Assembly: GCF_006345805.1 (NCBI RefSeq)
Contig: NC_043005.1
Coordinates: forward strand, 496,001 to 560,000
Length of the DNA: 64,000 nt
Direction: 5' to 3'
DNA from: Octopus sinensis
Lineage: Eukaryota
The translations under genes were made by a program, and so were the position numbers. Of the stretch, positions 57,742 through 64,000 are shown in pieces. Below the pieces are notes generated by a model. The model saw only the letters and a program-made list of their open reading frames with translations. It did not search any database and was not told the DNA's origin. Every line of letters starts with the position of its first letter. Positions within the stretch are counted from its first letter, which is position 1.

Positions 57742-58244
57742 ATTGCAGCGTGGAAGGTGTTTATAAGCCATTTAAGAACACACAAAAGCCGTTCGATTCA
57801 CTTCAACATTTAAGTTTAATTTGTCAAAATATTTTCGTCGCTAAAATCCGCGACCTGTTCACTGACAAAGTCCGTGCTGCATCTAAGAAAGTAACAGTTA
57901 GTTCGTCATATATATGTACGTATGTATGTGTGTATGTATGCATACATGTGTGTATGTATGTACGTATGCATGTACGTACATACGCCTGTGTATGCATGTA
58001 TGTATGTATGTATGTATGTATGTATGTATGTATGTATGTATGTATGTATGTATATATGTATGTGTGTGTATATGCACGCACATACACTCTATAAAACATA
58101 AAGCTATAAACCTGTAGCGATGGATGGATGTAGAGTGACCACTCATCACAAAGCTATCAAATTTCAACTTCCTACGGCCGAAGCTAGAAAGTGATTTACG
58201 ACGCTTACTCCCAAAACTATACCCTAAAATCTATTATCAGATCT
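57742..58244. repeat. Left arm of inner ~500-bp inverted repeat
   Basis: Near-perfect reverse complement of 59948-60449, including an internal (TATG)n tract. Confidence 0.93.
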
Positions 58245-59260
58245 CCCTCTAAACACCCCAATAAACGATTACCCGTCCTAGATACTGAGCTATGGATGGA
58301 AGATGCTATGGTTAATGGTACCATTAAACCCTGTATACTCCACTTACACTATCAGAAACCGATGGCTAATCCACTAGTAATCCGTAGTGACTCAGCTATG
58401 TCGGATACTGCCAAACTCAACATCCTAGTGGCAGACTTAGTTAGAGTAATGAGGAATGTATCACCACTATGCCAACCACAAGAACGACAACAACGCATCC
58501 AGCACTACATATTCCGAATGCAACGCTCCGGATACACACAAGACGATAGAGTCAGGGTGTACAAAGGAGCGAAAGCTAGATTCGAACGCATTCTAAGGAA
58601 CGACGAAAACGGTATATGCCCCCTGTACCGCAACAAGTTCTGGAATAGGTTAGAGAGGGACACCAACAAAAAGATGAGAAACGTTACTTGGTACGATAAA
58701 AGGAGATTTCACGGAGTGATGTTCGTTGACGCCACACCTAAGAACGAGCTAAGTAAGGCATTCAAGAAAGTCCTGCGCACTACGGGCCTAAAAGTTAAAG
58801 TTGTAGAAAAGACAGGTAGGACTATCAAATCGGCATTATGCAGATCATACCCATTTGATAGAATCACCTGTCAAAGTAATTGTGCAGTATATTCGACAAA
58901 TCCACATGTAAATTGTAAAACCAGGGCACTGTATACCAGATTAAGTGCCAGGAGGGAGCTTGCGCGACTAACCCAGAGTCATACATAGGTGAGACTTCTA
59001 GAAGCATCAATGATAGGTTCAAAGAACACCTGGACAACTACATTGAAAGGAAGCCAAACTCCATCTTCTACCAACATGCTGTAGACTGCCACAAGGGATC
59101 CTTAGGGAAGCTTATGTTGAACATCCTATCAACACATCCCACCGATGCAATGTTGAGACAGGTCACAGAAGCTGTTTGTATACAAGAATACAAACCTACT
59201 CTCAACCGAAAGTCCGAATGGAGTAACATCCAGATCCCATTCAGAAGGACTATTCTATAA
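58245..59260 (+). mobile_element. Penelope-like element relic 3: RT thumb, Cys-rich linker, GIY-YIG endonuclease; 5'-truncated
   Basis: RLPVLDTELW, YQKPMAN, GVMFVDATP, VVEKTGRTIK in ORF 58191-58988. After a 1-nt frameshift near 58925 the sequence reads VYQIKC...YIGETSRSINDRFKEH...RQVTEAVCIQEYKPTLNRKSEW, stop at 59258-59260. Confidence 0.88.
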
Positions 59261-59431
59261 CCACCTCTCTCTCTCTCTCTCCCTTTTACCTGTAGTCCTT
59301 ACATACAGGTTGCAATGCGTATGTGCAGTTATATACAACGGTATGAGCGGACGTTGTTTGATACGTACAGTTGCACTTAGGCGTTGTATCCATTCACGGT
59401 TAGACGATGATGAGAGGAACAAACACACACC

Positions 59432-59502
<71 letters not shown>

Positions 59503-59947
59503 CTATACAAACATATATGTGAATATGCATACAACCTTCAGCAAAGTAACAGTCATGTACACAACTTGGACGGACATATGCCAGTACACGGACATACGTT
59601 CACATACACATACACATGTACACACTCTCACAGACACGTCTGCCCATTCTCCTAGACACTCACATACATACGTAGCACATGAATACAAACATACATACAT
59701 ACCTACGTATGGGCATACACACGTACATACGCACGTACATGTACGCACACACATACATGGGCACATGCATACGAGCGCGTATACATACATACGCACATGC
59801 GTACGTATGTACATACACACATACATACACATACATACATACATACATACATACATACATACATACACATACATACATACATACATACGCACATACATAC
59901 ATACATACGCACAATAGTAAAACAATAGTTCTGTGATATAGAGATAA

Positions 59948-60449
59948 AGATCTGATAATAGATTTTAGGGTATAGTTTTGGGAGTAAGCGTCGTAAATCA
60001 CTTTCTAGCTTCGGCCGTAGGAAGTTGAAATTTGATAGCTTTGTGATGAGTGGTCACTCTACATCCATCCATCGCTACAGGTTTATAGCTTTATGTTTTA
60101 TAGAGTGTATGTGCGTGCATATACACACACATACATACATACATACATACATACATACATACATACATACATACATACATACATACATACATACATGCAT
60201 ATACAGGCGTATGTACGTACATGCATACGTACATACATACACACATGTATGCATACATACACACATACATACGTACATATATATGACGAACTAACTGTTA
60301 CTTTCTTAGATGCAGCACGGACTTTGTCAGTGAACAGGTCGCGGATTTTAGCGACGAAAATATTTTGACAAATTAAACTTAAATGTTGAAGTGAATCGAA
60401 CGGCTTTTGTGTGTTTCTTAAATGGCTTATAAACATTCCACGCTGCAAT
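59948..60449. repeat. Right arm of inner ~500-bp inverted repeat
   Basis: Reverse complement of 57742-58244. Confidence 0.93.
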
Positions 60450-60893
60450 AGTTTTTTTAAAAACTATTTATGTAATTAGATATAGACAATTACCGATATT
60501 AAATTATAGGTGGGTTTCCTACCTTATAAATTAAAATTAATATTTAACATTATAATTGATTTTTATATAATCATAATTGTTAAGTTTAAAGTTTCTAGTG
60601 TAATAATAGAGTTTATTATATTATTTATATCTTAAAAATATTGTTTAAATATTTCTGATTATTTTTAAAATATTTCAATTAACCTGAAGATTGAGTGTAA
60701 CCATAATTCGAATTATTAATTGAATTTAAATTATTGTTATTCTAATTGGTACAGCCATGAAAGGATCGTAGTGTTTTACTCTTTATCTTTTATTAAACTT
60801 TTAATAATTTGCAATAAAAAAATAAAATAGTAATAATAAAAAAAGAAATTAATTAATTAATTAATTAATTAAATAATATATAAATATAAAAAT

Positions 60894-60927
<34 letters not shown>

Positions 60928-61163
60928 TTGTATATATATATAAAATTTATAAGTTTAAATTATTTAAATAATTTTTTATTTTTAACTTTTATATTTAAAA
61001 AAAATTTATGTATTGGCTTATGTTCTTCACTGTTTGATTTGCCTAATAGTGGTTCTATCTCTAATTTAATATAATATATATATATATGCATATGTATATA
61101 TAATATATAAATGTATATACATATATGTATGTATGTATGTACGTACGTACGTATGTATGTATG

Positions 61164-61197
<34 letters not shown>

Positions 61198-61207
61198 TGT
61201 ATGTATC

Positions 61208-61355
61208 GGTGCAGGTATGGCTGCGTGGTAAGAAGCTTTATTCTCAAACTCATGGTTGCGGTGTTCAGTCCCACTACAAGGAACCATGGGCATATGTCAT
61301 CTAAAATAACTTCAGGCGATCCAAAACTGTGAATGGGTCTATTATGAGAAGCTCG

Positions 61356-61358
<3 letters not shown>
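61208..61358 (+). mobile_element. Old tRNA-derived SINE-c, 5' part
   Basis: A-box-like tggctgcgtggtaag and B-box-like gtgttcagtccc followed by a non-tRNA body and (TA)n. Confidence 0.65.
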
Positions 61359-61404
<46 letters not shown>

Positions 61405-61529
61405 ATATCCCACGCTGGTGGAAGGAGAACAGAGATTCTTCGCTGCTTATTTGGGTTTGTTGGCACTGTTAGTTACGAGCGTCTCGAAAGGTATGTTCTT
61501 ACTTTCATGTTTCCAATCCAAACCAAGGA

Positions 61530-61587
61530 GTTTCTGAGCTGATGATAGAAATGTTGACTAATCTTGAAACGTACGTTCTCAAATAAC
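61530..61587 (+). ncRNA. Minimal type I hammerhead ribozyme, stem II base mutated
   Basis: gtttcTGAG CTGATGA tAGAaatgttgactaaTCTt GAAA CGTACG TT CTCAaataac. Confidence 0.6.
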
Positions 61588-61795
61588 ATTAGCATTCGAT
61601 TTTTTGATGTCCTTACCCCCAAGAATTTTGTCAGTTGAATTAAGCAACACTATATATGAGAGAGATTTTCTTTAAGTATTAGAAATAGCTTTAAAAAGTT
61701 TTTTAGCTGGTTTTTCTAATGAGTTCAGTATGCGGCAAAGTAATTATTTTACTAAGCCCTTTTATAATATATATTATATATATATATATATATAT

Positions 61796-62071
61796 GGCCG
61801 GGGGGGGAGTGTCTGTCTATCTGTCTCTGTTATCTCCACCTTTCATCGATTGATAACTGAAGCTGATGTGTTTACATCCCTGTCACGTAGCGGTTCGCCA
61901 AAAGAATCTGCGGAATAAGAACTATGCTACCAAGAATAAGTCTTGGCGTCGATTTGTTCGCCTATGTGCGGTGCCTCAGCATGGCCGTAGTCAAGTTACT
62001 GAGAAAAGTAAAAGAATAAAAGATATATTTCACCCCACTCACACACACACACACACACACTCACACACACA

Positions 62072-62102
<31 letters not shown>

Positions 62103-64000
62103 CTATATAATATATATATGTCTTATATTTGTATTTCTGTCTGTGTGTTTGTCCCCACCTTCACTTCAGAACCGGTGTTGCTGTTTCTACTTCCCGTAAC
62201 TTAGCGGGTCGGTTCTCTAAACAGATCGAGAGAATAGAATAGGCTACAGAGAATAAGTTCTGGGGTCTATTCTTCGTCTAAAAGCAGTGCTCCTGCATGG
62301 CTGCAGTCCGTGATTGTAATAACTGAAACACATAAAATATTACACACACACTCAATGGCGTCATTGTTACTGAAATTTATATTGATAAACAGGTAAGGAA
62401 TGTGTGCACACACCCACCCACATACAATGGCTTCGTTGTACGGAGATCTTTATATTGATAAATCTAATGATCTCGTTGCATTTGCAACAGTATAGCTTTC
62501 ACTAATCAGGAATGCTAAACTCTGGAGCTTGACGTTCTGATTGGACCAAGTGGTGTCCTGGTTGTGCATCAAGCATCAGGTTTAAATTTTATTCATGCTT
62601 TATTATTTTTGTTTGTTTGTTACTTTGGTCTACGTTTTTCAAATCTGGGCTTCGTTTCCGGCCCTAGGTTATACAATTTCTGCATATTTTCTTTATGTAA
62701 CTTACTGCTTTATTCGTTCCTTTTTTCTTTTTTCTTTTTTCGTTTTGCTCTCTTCAGTTTCTATTTTTTATTTTAAGTCTCTTATTCTCTTTGTGTTGTT
62801 TTTGTTTTTAACCTCACCACACACTTAATCGGTTGAATGGAACTCCTCACAGCATCTTCCGTTTCACTTTCCGTACCAACTTTCATTCCTGCAATTTATA
62901 CTATTTCCAGATTAACGTTCTGCTAAAAAACAAAGACGAATTCTCAGAAATTCATTGTCTTCAGCTCCCTATCTTCTCAGATTCTCACACATAAACTGCA
63001 CTGAACTTTATATATTTTTCATTGGCTTTCGTAATTTTATTCACAGTTCTTATTCACATGAAACCTCTTATGATTCTACCAATAAATATTTATGAAAACC
63101 CCTTTTCGTAACGGATGGTTTCGGTCAGCTAAATGTCGTAATCTCTCCGTTTTGTAATCAAATAGAGGAGATTCAATTCAAGGGAGACATGTTTAAGTTA
63201 CAAATATTCTTCACTTGCAAATTGTTGCATGGAATCCCTTCTCGATGACGCGTACCCTAAAACGCATGGAATTAAATCAACTCTTCCGTCTTCTTCACTA
63301 AGCCTTTCACATAACTAAATCTTTCTTGGTGGAATTTGAATATTTAAACTGAATATAGGACTATATATTCATATGAGACGCTTGAGCTTTCCTCTTTGTA
63401 GACAGCGTTGTATAATTAAGGAGCGCAGAATAACTCGGGCAATACTCCATTCGGTGTGACCTCCTCTCGTAATAGAAGCGTCGGGTGGCTGTCATGATAC
63501 ACGGATAGTCTTAGACATTCAAACCATGCTGGTTCTTGTGTTTCACGAGCTCTGACAGAAACAGAATCCTTGCAGTGAGAAGAAAAGAAAGGAGGCAGAG
63601 AGATGAGAATCGGCACAAAGAAGGGAATTAGTAATTTATCGATAATGAAACAGCGAAAGGCATAAGTGGCCTGAGAGATGAGATTCGGACAAGAATGTAG
63701 AGAAAAGGAAAGACTACACAAGAAATTCTGTTTGCATGCCAATCCGATGCCAATGTTTGCTAATAGTAATGGTGCAGTGGAACATAGCATATATAGCAGG
63801 GTCACTAGCATAGCTGGCGTAGGGCGGTTAGGTGTGGTCCGCCAGGGTGGCACTTTTAAAGGGGTCTGGATGCGGCAAACGTAGGGGCCACCCGGGCGGC
63901 ACCACATCTAGTCCCGTTAGTGAGCATGGTGTATACATTTCTTTTATATAATCGTAATGGAAGCACTTTAGTGTAGAAAGTAATCCGTGCTCCGTGTGTG
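61796..64000 (+). repeat. Composite tandem unit, copy 6 (runs off the window)
   Basis: SINE-a, second SINE tail and unique region as in copies 1-2. Confidence 0.93.

Noticed and set aside
59330-59385. Possible hammerhead relic 3' of PLE-3 (caacggtatgag...gatacgtacagttg)
   Set aside because: The position is suggestive, but both core boxes and the cleavage triplet are too degenerate to call.

Overview
Eukaryotic, repeat-saturated DNA with no recognisable host gene, rRNA, functional tRNA or CRISPR array. The SINE families and the dense (TA)n/(CA)n/(TATG)n tracts look like coleoid cephalopod (Octopus-like) sequence; this is an inference from recognition, not a search. Contents: (1) non-LTR retrotransposons, namely one L1/Tx1-type endonuclease fragment and five CR1-group LINE families, labelled A-E here; B and C include apparently full-length copies; (2) three Penelope-like element (PLE) relics and three hammerhead-ribozyme-like motifs; (3) tRNA-derived SINEs; (4) a ~5-5.6 kb composite unit (SINE tail, unique DNA, dead LINE A, tRNA-SINE) repeated six times from 8.4 kb to the window end, separated by LINE insertions at (TA)n tracts; (5) nested inverted repeats at 55.2-60.7 kb. 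The strongest novel-looking signal is in LINE families B and C. Both have an ORF1 region with a Myb/SANT-like domain plus CCCH zinc fingers. Both also join ORF1 to ORF2 through an in-phase -1 slippery heptamer (T TTT TTA or T TTT TTG) inside a conserved hairpin, with the ORF2 frame opening just upstream. This suggests retrovirus-style programmed frameshifting in a LINE. The 37.6-48.1 kb copy is full of 1-nt deletions and may carry uncorrected long-read error. Element boundaries are approximate and were read by eye.
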